Origin: Phycisphaerales bacterium
GTDB taxonomy: Bacteria; Planctomycetota; Phycisphaerae; WQYP01
Direction of reading: 5' to 3'
Assembly (NCBI GenBank): GCA_027451365.1
Contig: DAIDJN010000083.1
Location: 1-32,709 of the forward strand
DNA: 32,709 nucleotides
The position numbers and the translations under genes were made by a program. The notes beneath the pieces were generated by a model. The model did no database searches. It saw nothing but the letters and a program-made list of their open reading frames with translations, and was not told the origin of the DNA. Shown in pieces: positions 19,671 through 29,044 of this stretch. Positions within the stretch are counted from its first letter, which is position 1, and every line of letters begins with the position of its first letter.

Positions 19671-21662
19671 TTAATGGCTCAATCCCTTCAAGCGTTTAAG
19701 TTCGTCCTCTTTTCCCCACCACGGATCGGTGGCAGGCCCTTGGTCGGGGGGAACCTGCAGATACTGCAGGGCGCTGGTCAGTATGCGGGAACAGGCGGGG
19801 CCGGCCACCGTTCCACCAAAATGACCTTTGTGCGGGTCCGGCTCATGCACTGCCACCACGCATATCAGTCGCGGGTCGGGAGTCGGGCCGCCGGCAATGA
19901 ACGTGGCGTTGTATTTATGTGAGTGGTAGCGGTCCTGGCCGGCTGCGGCGAGATTGGCGGTGCCGGTTTTTCCAAACAGACGGTACAGCGGTGATATGGC
20001 GTATTGACCGGTGCCGCGCACCATGACCTGTTCCATGGCGGTAACCACCTGCCGGGTGGCCCATCGCGGTAGAATTTTGGTCATCTTCTGCGGTCCGGCA
20101 ATTTGTGCCCAGGTTTCCATCTGGCCGTTGCGAGTTTGTATGCGGCTGATGATCTGCGGTGTCGGCAGCCATCCGCCATTGGCAATCGCGCAAAGGCCGC
20201 GGGCCATTTGCAGCGCGGTGACACCCACACCGTAGCCGAAGCTTGCGGAGGTGAGTGTGCCTTTCGTCCAACGGCTTAAGGGACGCACGATTCCGGGAGA
20301 TTCGCCCGGCAGGATACACCCGGTCATGCGGCCGAACCCAAACGCATTGATCCCGTCGAACAGTCGCCGGATACCCATGCGCCAGCCGATTTGGGTCATG
20401 CCGATATTGCTGGAATGCACCAGAATGTCTTCCACGGTTAAATAGCCATATCCGCCAACATCCTGAATCAACCGTCCGGTCGGATCCCGGTAACGGCCAT
20501 GATGACAATTAAACTCGGTCTGGAGTGTCACCACATGGTCATAAAGCGCAAAACTAAGATTAAAGGGTTTGAACACCGATCCGGGTTCAAATGGATCGGT
20601 TACCGCGCGATTGCGGCGAAACTGCGGCGGTGTCTTCTGATAATCGTTGGGATTCATGGTCGGATAGTTGGCCATTGCCAGAATATTGCCCGTGCGCGGG
20701 TCCATCACCACGGCAACACCGGAGCGTGCGGAAAATTTTTCGCAGGCCTTGTCCAACTGTTCTTCGGCCACGCCCTGAATCATGGTGTTCAATGTAAGCC
20801 AGACTTTCATGCCGTCATTGGGAAGGCGATACCCGCGCTGGTCTACCCATAACGCCCGGTCGGCGGCATCCTTGACATAAATAACTCTTCCCTTGCGGCC
20901 TTCCAGAAGTGAATTTAATTGTGCTTCCAGGCCGTCGAGGCCCACATGAGAATTGGCGAATCCGATGACCTGGCCGGCAAACGTTCCCAACGGATATACG
21001 CGGCGGGTGGTGCGTTTGAATCCGATCCCATCCAGGGCGTGAAAATATTCCGCTGAAAGTTTGAACAGGTGTTGCCGCTGGTAACGGCGGGATTTTTCGA
21101 GCAGGCGATGGCGCATGCGTTCAAACCGGGCATAAAAGGAGTGCCCAACGTGGCGTTTAAGCCAGAGAAAGCGGCGCAATTGCCGGTGCGGCGGGGAGGA
21201 TTCATCAGAACCGGATGCCGGGGACAATCGGGTTGTGGGGGGTGACGGATATGTGGCGGCGGAGGCATAATAAAGCTGGCTTCGCATCCAAGTCAGAAAT
21301 GCCGAGGGTTTCATATTCAGCAGTTTGGCCACATGCCGAGCCATGATGCGGCGGGCGCGGGAAAGGTCCTGAGCGGAAAGCGCGCTTAAATTTCCATGCG
21401 GGTCGAAAATAAATCCAGGATCGGCGAACATGCCGTACACGCGGACGGAACCGGCGATAAGAGTGGAATCCGCGGTGTAAATGGAAGCCCGGCGGGCCAT
21501 AAGATTCACATGTACTTCGTGTTCGGAACGAAGATTGGACACATCGGCCCGCGACACATGCGTCTGCAGCCATGCGACGCGTCCTAGCAGGCCGACAAGC
21601 ATGGTGGCCGCGGCCAGCAACACCAGCGTGGATAGAACATTGGCCTGGTTGAATTTCCGCAT
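19671..21662 (-). CDS. ftsI: Class B penicillin-binding protein (FtsI-like transpeptidase)
   Basis: N-terminal TM segment, RVYP, GLDGLE, EPGSVFKP (SxxK), SSN and KTGTA motifs; located upstream of murE. Start taken as ATG 21662. Confidence 0.88.
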   Translation of the reverse strand: MRKFNQANVLSTLVLLAAATMLVGLLGRVAWLQTHVSRADVSNLRSEHEVHVNLMARRASIYTADSTLIAGSVRVYGMFADPGFIFDPHGNLSALSAQDLSRARRIMARHVAKLLNMKPSAFLTWMRSQLYYASAATYPSPPTTRLSPASGSDESSPPHRQLRRFLWLKRHVGHSFYARFERMRHRLLEKSRRYQRQHLFKLSAEYFHALDGIGFKRTTRRVYPLGTFAGQVIGFANSHVGLDGLEAQLNSLLEGRKGRVIYVKDAADRALWVDQRGYRLPNDGMKVWLTLNTMIQGVAEEQLDKACEKFSARSGVAVVMDPRTGNILAMANYPTMNPNDYQKTPPQFRRNRAVTDPFEPGSVFKPFNLSFALYDHVVTLQTEFNCHHGRYRDPTGRLIQDVGGYGYLTVEDILVHSSNIGMTQIGWRMGIRRLFDGINAFGFGRMTGCILPGESPGIVRPLSRWTKGTLTSASFGYGVGVTALQMARGLCAIANGGWLPTPQIISRIQTRNGQMETWAQIAGPQKMTKILPRWATRQVVTAMEQVMVRGTGQYAISPLYRLFGKTGTANLAAAGQDRYHSHKYNATFIAGGPTPDPRLICVVAVHEPDPHKGHFGGTVAGPACSRILTSALQYLQVPPDQGPATDPWWGKEDELKRLKGLSH

Positions 21663-21732
21663 CGGATCGCTCGCTATATCGTCCGGTTGGCACCGCTGGT
21701 TTGGCATTCCACGGCCATGGACCGGATATTTA

Positions 21733-22041
21733 CTAATGCACCAATGTCGTTGTGTACGGACCACTGTCCACCGGCACGGGCGTGACCGACGCGGGTGCTG
21801 TTGTGTCCGCGGTGTTGGCCGCCGTCCGGGCGTCCAGGGCTTTAATGCGTTTAGTCAAAACAATTGGATTGGTCTGGGCGGAAAGTCGCGTCTGCAGGTC
21901 CCACAGAATATGCCTTCGCCGACCAATCTGATGAAACAGGTGCGCGGAATCCGAAGTGACATTCAAACGGGCGCGACGCAGCTCGAAAAGGACCGTGGCC
22001 ACCAGCATGAAACTTAAAAGACAGACGATGATTTTGTACAT
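21733..22041 (-). CDS. FtsL-like small bitopic membrane protein
   Basis: About 102 aa: one N-terminal TM helix then an amphipathic/coiled segment (RRHILWDLQTRLSAQTNP..L). Occupies the ftsL position directly upstream of the PBP. Confidence 0.6.
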   Translation of the reverse strand: MYKIIVCLLSFMLVATVLFELRRARLNVTSDSAHLFHQIGRRRHILWDLQTRLSAQTNPIVLTKRIKALDARTAANTADTTAPASVTPVPVDSGPYTTTLVH

Positions 22042-22190
22042 AATCGCAGCGCCATCCATGCACAGCCGCGCCCGTGATTTCCCCGACCCATGAAAGCCCA
22101 TCGCTGCGCGCCATAGTGCATCCAAACACTTGAGAATCCGCAGGCGATCGTACCGGCCTTCTGGCGGGAACCATCCGAGCCAATTGCTGG

Positions 22191-22218
22191 ATTATACCAT
22201 CCCCGGATGACTTTGCAG
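22191..22218 (-). promoter_or_regulatory. Extended -10 promoter for the ftsL-like/PBP/mur operon
   Basis: Minus strand CTGCAA-16 nt-TATAAT with TG one base upstream of the -10 (TGGTATAAT). Confidence 0.55.
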
Positions 22219-22314
22219 GAAACCGATGGCCGAAATGTAAAATTTCAATCGGCGGGTTCGGTCGCCAGGGTGGCGGGGCGGAACCCCGGCTTTTGTTGGA
22301 CGGAAAGTGACCGG

Positions 22315-22884
22315 TCAGCCAGGAATGTCCAGGAGTTCCAACTCGCCGGTTACCGGAGAAATAAGCAGTCCATGAACACTTACATCGCGAGGCAGAAGCG
22401 GGTGCTGGCGGATAAGTGTGACACTTTGGCGAACGCCGTCATCCACGCGGGTGAAACCAGTCATCCATTTTTCAAGATCAATACCGGCGTTGAACAGGGT
22501 TTTAATGACATCGTCAGAAATCCCGCGCGTCCGGGCTTTCGCCAGAATCTGGCCACAGCCCAGACCGGCCATGCCGCAATCGTGGTGGCCGACGACCATC
22601 ACTTCCTGCACGCCAAGGCTGTAAACGGCCACCAGAATACTTCGCATGATGCTGCCAAAGGGGTGGGAAACCACGGCCCCCGCGCTTTTAATGACTTTGG
22701 CATCCCCGTTTCGCAGACTCATGGCGCGGGGAAGCAATTCAACCAGACGCGTGTCCATGCAGGTCAGCACCACGACTTTTTTATCGGGAAACCGGTCCGT
22801 CTGAAACTGCTCGAATTCCCGGCTCGCAACAAATTGCCGGTTATGTTCCAGAATATCCGAAAGCAGTTGGGTGGCGGCGGCCAA
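22315..22884 (-). CDS. Beta-class carbonic anhydrase
   Basis: TCMDTRL (CxDxR) and GHHDCGM (HxxC) zinc ligands. TTG 22884 follows GGAG (track start 22896). Confidence 0.92.
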   Translation of the reverse strand: MAAATQLLSDILEHNRQFVASREFEQFQTDRFPDKKVVVLTCMDTRLVELLPRAMSLRNGDAKVIKSAGAVVSHPFGSIMRSILVAVYSLGVQEVMVVGHHDCGMAGLGCGQILAKARTRGISDDVIKTLFNAGIDLEKWMTGFTRVDDGVRQSVTLIRQHPLLPRDVSVHGLLISPVTGELELLDIPG

Positions 22885-22973
22885 TGCACACTCCAAAAAT
22901 CAAAACAGCAGGGCAGGCGTTGCCTCCCTGAATGGTTCACGCTTTATGATTCGGCGCGGTGGCCTGGCGCAAT

Positions 22974-24674
22974 TTATGGCACCTGCGGACTACCGGCCGG
23001 CGTTTGATTGGCCGGTCGCGGCATGGGCAGCATGGTGGCGGTATACACATCAATCAGGCGAATTACCACGCCGGTCTTGCCATCCACGACGCCTTTAACG
23101 CCGATATACGAGCCGAGCAGTTTGGCGATGTCAATTTTGCTGGCTGGTTTCAGGTAGGCCACCACGCGGCCGGTGACAGGATCGACGAGCGCGTAGTCAT
23201 GAATGGCGTCGCTGGTTTTCAAAATGCCCTTGGCCAGATAGGGGGCGTGGGTGATAGCCGAATTGACCAGGTTTTGCGACTTTTCCCATTTTTGCTGATA
23301 GGGTGCAATCACATTGCTGATGGCGGGAGTATTGGCCGCCGCTTTGGCAAGTTCCTGCACCTTTATTCCGTTTTTAATTTCCTTTATCCATTCAGCGGTT
23401 CCCTGTTTAACCGATGGGGGAAGATTTGGTTCGGCAGCAAGCTTCCGGTAGTCCGCAAGCAAAGGTGTAAGATTGCGATGCAGAACTGGCTTGCGGAATT
23501 CGCGCTGGGTTTTCCGATTCAGCCGACTGAATGCCGCGTAGGCGTTGGTATTCAATTTAACCGGATTGCCGACAGTCGTCGTTGCGGAGTTAGCGGAAGG
23601 GGCTTTGCCCACGCCCGGTATAACCGGAATAACTCCGCCGCCGCCAGCAAGTGCAGGGCCGGACTCGGGTGTATTGCCGCCGATTTTAGCGGAATTACTT
23701 CCTGTGGTCGGTATGGGCACAACCTGACCGCCGCCTCCGGAACCTTCCGCAGGGGTGGGGCCGGAATTTGCCGCCGGGGTGTTGGGTGCGGCGGAATTAC
23801 CCGCACCGCTTAACGCTGTACCTTCCGGTGCTGGAGAGGTGCTGGGCAGGCCCGGGCCTTTGAATCCGGCGGGCATGGAAATTTGGGGGGTGATATAGGT
23901 GGCATCCGCCGGGGCTGGCATAATGAACTGGCCAGACACGTAAAAATCGGTCCCGTGAGGCGGCCGGATTACGTAGAAGTTTTTGGTTGCACCGGTAATC
24001 GACACATGCGTGCCACGGCGCACCAGGCCGACGACTGCGTAATGGCTTGCCGGCGTTAACGGGCTGGCGGCGCGAAGATAGACATAATCAGCCGATACGT
24101 GGCCAGTTGAACCATCGGCCGACAAGTGTACAAACTGCCGGGAAATGTAACAGCGCGTTCCCGCCGGTGCCGCTATGCGATCCCATGAATTAACGGTGCC
24201 GACCACTTTTACCAATTGTCCCCGCTTAAGCTGGCCGACCGGGTAATACGCAAGTTTCGGGCCACTGCGGACATTCACCTCAGAGGCATTCACCTGACCA
24301 ATGTAAGCGGCGGCCTTTACGATGGCATGACGCTTTTTGACAGACTTTTTATGAATCGATTTTTTCGTGCCGCCATTTGGACCTGCAGACTTCCCGGCTG
24401 ATGGCACAGGTACTGATACGCTGCCGCTGGAAAGCGGTGGATTCGCAACCGGTTCGGTGGCGGGTGCCGAGGTTGTCGGCTGGCTGGAAGCGGCGGCAGG
24501 TGCGCTGGCGGTCGCGGCCGGTGTTGCGTTATCGGGTTGGGTGGCGGCCGGTGCCGTTGCACTGGAAGTATCCGCCATTGCCGCCGAAGCCTGAAATGAA
24601 GCGGCGGCGGCGAAAAGAACGGCGGCGGCAATGGCGGCTTTGCCTCTTACCAATCGGGCGACGAAAGTGCGCAT
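22974..24674 (-). CDS. Exported protein with two bacterial SH3 (SH3b-like) domains and Pro/Ala/Gly/Ser/Thr-rich linkers
   Basis: Signal peptide; VNASEVNVRSGP..YYPVGQLKRGQLVKV..W and VSADYVYLRA..VVGLVRRGTHV repeats. ATG 24674 follows AAGGAG. Confidence 0.8.
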   Translation of the reverse strand: MRTFVARLVRGKAAIAAAVLFAAAASFQASAAMADTSSATAPAATQPDNATPAATASAPAAASSQPTTSAPATEPVANPPLSSGSVSVPVPSAGKSAGPNGGTKKSIHKKSVKKRHAIVKAAAYIGQVNASEVNVRSGPKLAYYPVGQLKRGQLVKVVGTVNSWDRIAAPAGTRCYISRQFVHLSADGSTGHVSADYVYLRAASPLTPASHYAVVGLVRRGTHVSITGATKNFYVIRPPHGTDFYVSGQFIMPAPADATYITPQISMPAGFKGPGLPSTSPAPEGTALSGAGNSAAPNTPAANSGPTPAEGSGGGGQVVPIPTTGSNSAKIGGNTPESGPALAGGGGVIPVIPGVGKAPSANSATTTVGNPVKLNTNAYAAFSRLNRKTQREFRKPVLHRNLTPLLADYRKLAAEPNLPPSVKQGTAEWIKEIKNGIKVQELAKAAANTPAISNVIAPYQQKWEKSQNLVNSAITHAPYLAKGILKTSDAIHDYALVDPVTGRVVAYLKPASKIDIAKLLGSYIGVKGVVDGKTGVVIRLIDVYTATMLPMPRPANQTPAGSPQVP

Positions 24675-24737
24675 GTGTAAAACTCCTTGAGGAAAAGTCG
24701 CAATGCTGGCATCCCCAGCAACTTTCTTAGTCATTTG

Positions 24738-24766
24738 AAACTACCATCCGGCTATGGCGGAGTCAA
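24738..24766 (-). promoter_or_regulatory. Sigma70-type promoter for the SH3 protein gene
   Basis: Minus strand TTGACT-17 nt-TAGTTT with an extended TG. Confidence 0.55.
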
Positions 24767-24872
24767 GGAAACCGCTGTATGCCCGAATTCGGGCGGCGGT
24801 CGCCATGATAGGGTTGTGGGCAATTCAGTAGAAGGGGTGGCTTTGCTTTCTTCGCGTCGGGCACCAGCCGGG

Positions 24873-24900
24873 TTGCGTGCGGGGCGCAGGGGTGTAAACT
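24873..24900 (+). promoter_or_regulatory. Sigma70-type promoter for the YmdB-like gene
   Basis: TTGCGT-16 nt-TAAACT. Confidence 0.4.
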
Positions 24901-24975
24901 GGTCGATAGGCGAGGGTGCCGCGGTGCGCAAGGCCTCAGTTTTTTGCGCGTGATCACCCATTGGAAAGGAAACCC

Positions 24976-25821
24976 TTGTCGTTAAAAATTCTTTGTATTG
25001 GGGATATCATTGGCAAGCCCGGCCGACAGGCGCTAGCGGAATTGCTGCCGGCCCTGATTGTTCGGGAAGGGATCGATTTTGTGGTGGCCAATGCGGAAAA
25101 TTCCGCGGCTGGTTCAGGGCTAACGCCTCCGATTTTCGAAAAAATTCTCGCCACCGGTGTCGATGTCTGCACCATGGGAGACCATACATACCGGAAACGG
25201 GAAATATTGCCGCTGCTGGAAAGCTCGGATCGGCTGATCCGGCCGGGCAATTATCCCCCGCTGTCCATTGGCCGGGGCTGGACGGTTCGGCAGACAGCCA
25301 AAGGTGTTCGCATTGCGGTATTGCAGGTGATGGGGCGCGTGTATATGAATCCGATGGACGATCCGTTCGCGCGGATTGATCGCATGCTGGAGGAAATCCC
25401 GCGGGATATAAAAATTCGGGTGGTGGATTTTCATGCCGATGCCAGCAGTGAAAAAATCGCGATGGGATGGCATCTGGATGGGCGGGTATCCATTAATTTT
25501 GGCACCCACACGCACACGCCGACCGCGGACGGACGGATTCTGCCAGGCGGGACGGCATTTGTGTCAGATGTGGGCATGACTGGTCCGTATGACAGCGTTC
25601 TGGGACGCCGCAAGGATCGCGTTTTAAAACACCTGATCACAGGGATGCCGCATCATTTCGACGTGGCCACGGGTGATCCGCGCTTGTGCGGGCTGTTGGC
25701 GACCATCGACGAACAGACCGGCAAGGCCCTGTCATCTGTGCGGTGTGAACTGCATGCCACGGCAGCGACAACTGCCTATGATGCGGATGATGGCGGCCGG
25801 CACGCCAACGACAGTCAGTAA
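24976..25821 (+). CDS. ymdB: YmdB-like metallophosphoesterase (TIGR00282 family)
   Basis: IGDIIGKPGR, NAENSAAG.GLT, TMGDH, VDFHADASSEK, GTHTH, DVGMTGPYDSVLG motifs. TTG start after AAGGA. Confidence 0.92.
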   Translation: MSLKILCIGDIIGKPGRQALAELLPALIVREGIDFVVANAENSAAGSGLTPPIFEKILATGVDVCTMGDHTYRKREILPLLESSDRLIRPGNYPPLSIGRGWTVRQTAKGVRIAVLQVMGRVYMNPMDDPFARIDRMLEEIPRDIKIRVVDFHADASSEKIAMGWHLDGRVSINFGTHTHTPTADGRILPGGTAFVSDVGMTGPYDSVLGRRKDRVLKHLITGMPHHFDVATGDPRLCGLLATIDEQTGKALSSVRCELHATAATTAYDADDGGRHANDSQ

Positions 25822-25977
25822 ATTGCCGATGAACTCCGTTACGCTCATCGTGTGGCACATTCGTTTCGCAGAGTGGGTTCGAATAAAACATGATGTCATT
25901 CAAATGGAATGATGTTTGACGGCATAGAATCGGATCAAAGAACCCACAGGTCGCATCCGCGCGGCAACCCGCCGCCG

Positions 25978-26832
25978 CTATCTTTTTTCGAGCACGATCA
26001 ACATGCGGAAACCGAGCCAGGGGGCCAGAGGCGACAGCCAGCTTTCCATTTTCCGGGCGGCGGGCAGCGCGATGCGCGGCAGCAGAACAGGTTTGGAAAA
26101 TCCGCCGGAAAGCGGGTAAATAATCATGCTGTGGACACTTCGGTGAATCAGCGAAAGTTCGGGGCACCGGCGTGCAAAATCGGCGGCGTATTTGAAAAAC
26201 AGCAGTGTGGGAATGGCCTGATTACTGGCAAACGCGCCTTGGCCAAGGACTGCCACCGGATGGGGCGCGGCGCTGTTGGATGCGGGCGGGAAAAGCGGCG
26301 CGCGCATATTTACCGGTTCGGGATGAGCCAGCCGATAGCAGACGCCGGATACCACAGAAATATAAGGTTCAATCATGACAACACGTCCGCCGGGGGTCAG
26401 CACGCGGGCGGCCTCAGCCAGAAAGACCAGAGGAAAGGGAAGATGATGGAGAACATCGTGAAGCACAATGTTGTCGATGCAGGCGTCGGGAAGGGGGAGT
26501 CTCATTGCATCAATTGCCATGTCAATATGTGTGCTTGGTACCAGGTCGGTTACAATGGCGGTGGGGTAACTGGCGCGGAAATGGCCGGCGCCACCGCCCA
26601 GTTCCAGCACCAGACCGTGGGGGCGAGCGGGGTCGGTCCGCCGGGTGGCCAGGGCCTCAATCATTTGACGGAAGTAGTCGGCGTACACGGCTCGCAATAC
26701 CGGCCGCGAGGCCCAGGCGATTGCGCGGGCCTCAAGTACATCGCGGTCGGTTTGTCCGCGGCCAGGAATGGTGGGTGATGCTGCCATGGGGCGGCAACGC
26801 TCTGGCGGTGACGGATTGGGTTTAAGAGACAT
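25978..26832 (-). CDS. Class I SAM-dependent methyltransferase
   Basis: VLELGGGAG motif I, DAMRLPL, DVLHHL, RVLTPGG. Confidence 0.88.
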   Translation of the reverse strand: MSLKPNPSPPERCRPMAASPTIPGRGQTDRDVLEARAIAWASRPVLRAVYADYFRQMIEALATRRTDPARPHGLVLELGGGAGHFRASYPTAIVTDLVPSTHIDMAIDAMRLPLPDACIDNIVLHDVLHHLPFPLVFLAEAARVLTPGGRVVMIEPYISVVSGVCYRLAHPEPVNMRAPLFPPASNSAAPHPVAVLGQGAFASNQAIPTLLFFKYAADFARRCPELSLIHRSVHSMIIYPLSGGFSKPVLLPRIALPAARKMESWLSPLAPWLGFRMLIVLEKR

Positions 26833-26870
26833 GGCTCAACCGTGCCCGATCTGCAATTCTGGTGGTCCGG

Positions 26871-27917
26871 TTACACGCCAACATGGACAGCAAAACCTTC
26901 CGCCTTGATCTGTTTAACCAGCGCATGGAGGCTGTCGACTGTTTTTTTAAGCCGATGGGTGAGGTCCAGGAGGGCATTGTAGAGCCGCGGGTCTTTTACC
27001 AGGTGTCCGGCGGTGCCGTGGCCCTGCGCGATAGAAGTTGTGATGTTGTTTAAGTGCTCCAGCACCCGCGTGACTTGCAGACTCACTGTGATTAGCCGGT
27101 TGTTGGCGGTTTTGGCGACGGTGTCAATGTCGGCAGCGGTTGTGCCGGCTTTGTCCATCACCGAGTCAAATCGCGTGACGGTGGAATTCAGACGCTTGAG
27201 TGTGGCGGCGAGTTCCCTGGCGGATACGGCGGCATTGGCCACAATTTCCCGAACCTGCCCCTGAAGTTTTTTGTCGGTCAGCAGGCCGTTGACGGCTTCC
27301 ACCGTTTTGTTCAGGCGTTGAATCAGGGCGCTGATGTTGCCCATGTCGCCTTGCATATCACCTGGTATGTGCGGCCCGGCCAGGGCCGCCGGACGAAGCA
27401 GGGAATGCAGGTCGTCGGCTACGCGGTCTAACTTTGTGCTAAGAACGGAGAACTGATTACGAATGGCGGTAAAATCGGAGGCGAATGAATGTGGAATCAG
27501 GCTTCCCGAGGCCACTGAAGCATGAAGATTGGCGGTGCCGTCTGTGGGAAGATATTTTAGGGGGGCACCCGGTGGTACAAAAAGCGAAACATAGGGAGAT
27601 CCGATGGTTTTGGACGCAATGCGGACCGTGGTATTCATGGGCAGGTGATATTGGCTGGATATGCCAAGTACCAGAATGGCTCCCTGCATGTTTTTTCCGA
27701 GGGCAACGCTGCGCACGGTTCCCACGTTAACGCCATTCAGGCTGACGCTGTCTCCATAAACCAAACCGTCGGCACTGGGGGATTCCACCGTGACCAGATA
27801 GGGGGCACCGGGGCCAATCGTCGGCAGCCGTCCGAGCAAAAATGCGCCCCAGGTCACAAGGCCCAAGGCTATTAAGACCGTCAAGCCGACTATAGAGTTT
27901 CGTGTTTTTTCATTCAT
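26871..27917 (-). CDS. MlaD/MCE-family protein
   Basis: N-terminal TM segment, ADGLVYGDSVSLNGVNVGTV MCE motif, long helical region, GHGTAGHLVKDPRLY tail. Confidence 0.9.
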   Translation of the reverse strand: MNEKTRNSIVGLTVLIALGLVTWGAFLLGRLPTIGPGAPYLVTVESPSADGLVYGDSVSLNGVNVGTVRSVALGKNMQGAILVLGISSQYHLPMNTTVRIASKTIGSPYVSLFVPPGAPLKYLPTDGTANLHASVASGSLIPHSFASDFTAIRNQFSVLSTKLDRVADDLHSLLRPAALAGPHIPGDMQGDMGNISALIQRLNKTVEAVNGLLTDKKLQGQVREIVANAAVSARELAATLKRLNSTVTRFDSVMDKAGTTAADIDTVAKTANNRLITVSLQVTRVLEHLNNITTSIAQGHGTAGHLVKDPRLYNALLDLTHRLKKTVDSLHALVKQIKAEGFAVHVGV

Positions 27918-27951
27918 GTGGGATTCTATCCTGCAAAATCACCTGCGTACT

Positions 27952-27979
27952 ATAATAGCAGGACGACGGGGGCTGTCAC
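27952..27979 (-). promoter_or_regulatory. Sigma70-type promoter for the mlaD-methyltransferase pair
   Basis: Minus strand GTGACA-16 nt-TATTAT with an extended TG; same -35 and spacing as the ABC operon promoter. Confidence 0.5.
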
Positions 27980-28153
27980 CTGTAGGTTGTAAAGTCAGGC
28001 CCGAAGGGGGGTGTGTCGGTGTTTATCGGGATGCGAAAATAGGGCACAATCGATGGGTTTCCGACAGAAATCCGGGCGTTTTAAGCCACGCAATTCTCCA
28101 TTAGCATGAATATTTGCTGCACCGCGATCCGCAGGGGCGCTGTAAAGTGGACA

Positions 28154-28978
28154 TTAGCCCGTAGTCCTCTTTGGCTCGGGCGCGCTGGCCCAGGGCGACA
28201 CTGGGAATGGCGGTATGTTATATTTCGCCCGCAAACGGTTTTGCGCCCTCACAAAATGGTCCCATCTTTCTTGGGGAATCAACATGACCACACCATCTGC
28301 CAGCACAACATAATGGACTCGGCCCCAGCTCCTGTCCCAAACCGCCCGGCCAACCAGAATCGCCAAAGGTGGAGGTGCACGGAACTGCGAATTCAGAACC
28401 ACCGGCCCGCTGCCAACCGGAACAAATCCGTTTAACATTCTCACTTTCACCCCTTGGCCTGCGTAAACCATCCGAAGCGTGCTAACCAGGCCAGCCGCCG
28501 CTAAATGTAAAACTCGCCCCGGTGTTTTGCGCCCGGAAGCTGACTCATTCACAGGCTTTTCCGGCAATAATTTCAACTTTTCCGGATACAGGCCGCCGTG
28601 TGCCATTGCCGCGCGGTAAGCCCTGACCGCAATCCCGCTAAGCGGCGGCAATAGCGGCCCTACCCGCCTCCATTCATCACGGTTCAGCCGAAGCACCATA
28701 TTCGTGGGAATGATTGAAAGACTTAATACCGATCCACATAACATGATCAATAACGAAACGCCCACCGCCTGAGGCGTTCCCGCCCATTCGCCTGTCGCCT
28801 TTTTCGCGGCCAGCACGCTGCAAATAAGGGCAGAGGCGTTGATTGGAATCAGGGCTGCGGCCGAAATTAGCAGCGCCGCCGCTGGCGGTAACGGTATATT
28901 ACCGCAGACTGCCACCATGGTAATGTCAATCACAAACACAACCGAAACAATCGCGATCCATATTTTTGCAACATTCAT
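28154..28978 (-). CDS. Hypothetical membrane protein (three N-terminal TM helices, soluble C-terminal domain)
   Basis: About 274 aa ORF with a GAGG RBS and hydrophobic N-terminus. AMAHGGLYP and VVLADGVV resemble the planctomycete DUF1559/H-X9-DG domain (weak). Confidence 0.7.
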   Translation of the reverse strand: MNVAKIWIAIVSVVFVIDITMVAVCGNIPLPPAAALLISAAALIPINASALICSVLAAKKATGEWAGTPQAVGVSLLIMLCGSVLSLSIIPTNMVLRLNRDEWRRVGPLLPPLSGIAVRAYRAAMAHGGLYPEKLKLLPEKPVNESASGRKTPGRVLHLAAAGLVSTLRMVYAGQGVKVRMLNGFVPVGSGPVVLNSQFRAPPPLAILVGRAVWDRSWGRVHYVVLADGVVMLIPQERWDHFVRAQNRLRAKYNIPPFPVSPWASAPEPKRTTG

Positions 28979-29044
28979 TGTCAATTCCTCACCCGATGCG
29001 ACATGGCCGCATGTGTGTGTGAAAATTCAGCGATGGACGAGAGG

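Noticed and set aside
24767..24960. 6S RNA upstream of ymdB
   Set aside because: No long ~180-nt rod with a central bubble could be folded by eye; the region is explained by two promoters and short hairpins.
14819..26778. Long antisense ORFs (e.g. 14819-15688, 18508-19341, 22207-23007, 22959-23813, 25909-26778)
   Set aside because: Shadow frames opposite well-supported genes in GC-rich DNA, with no motifs of their own.
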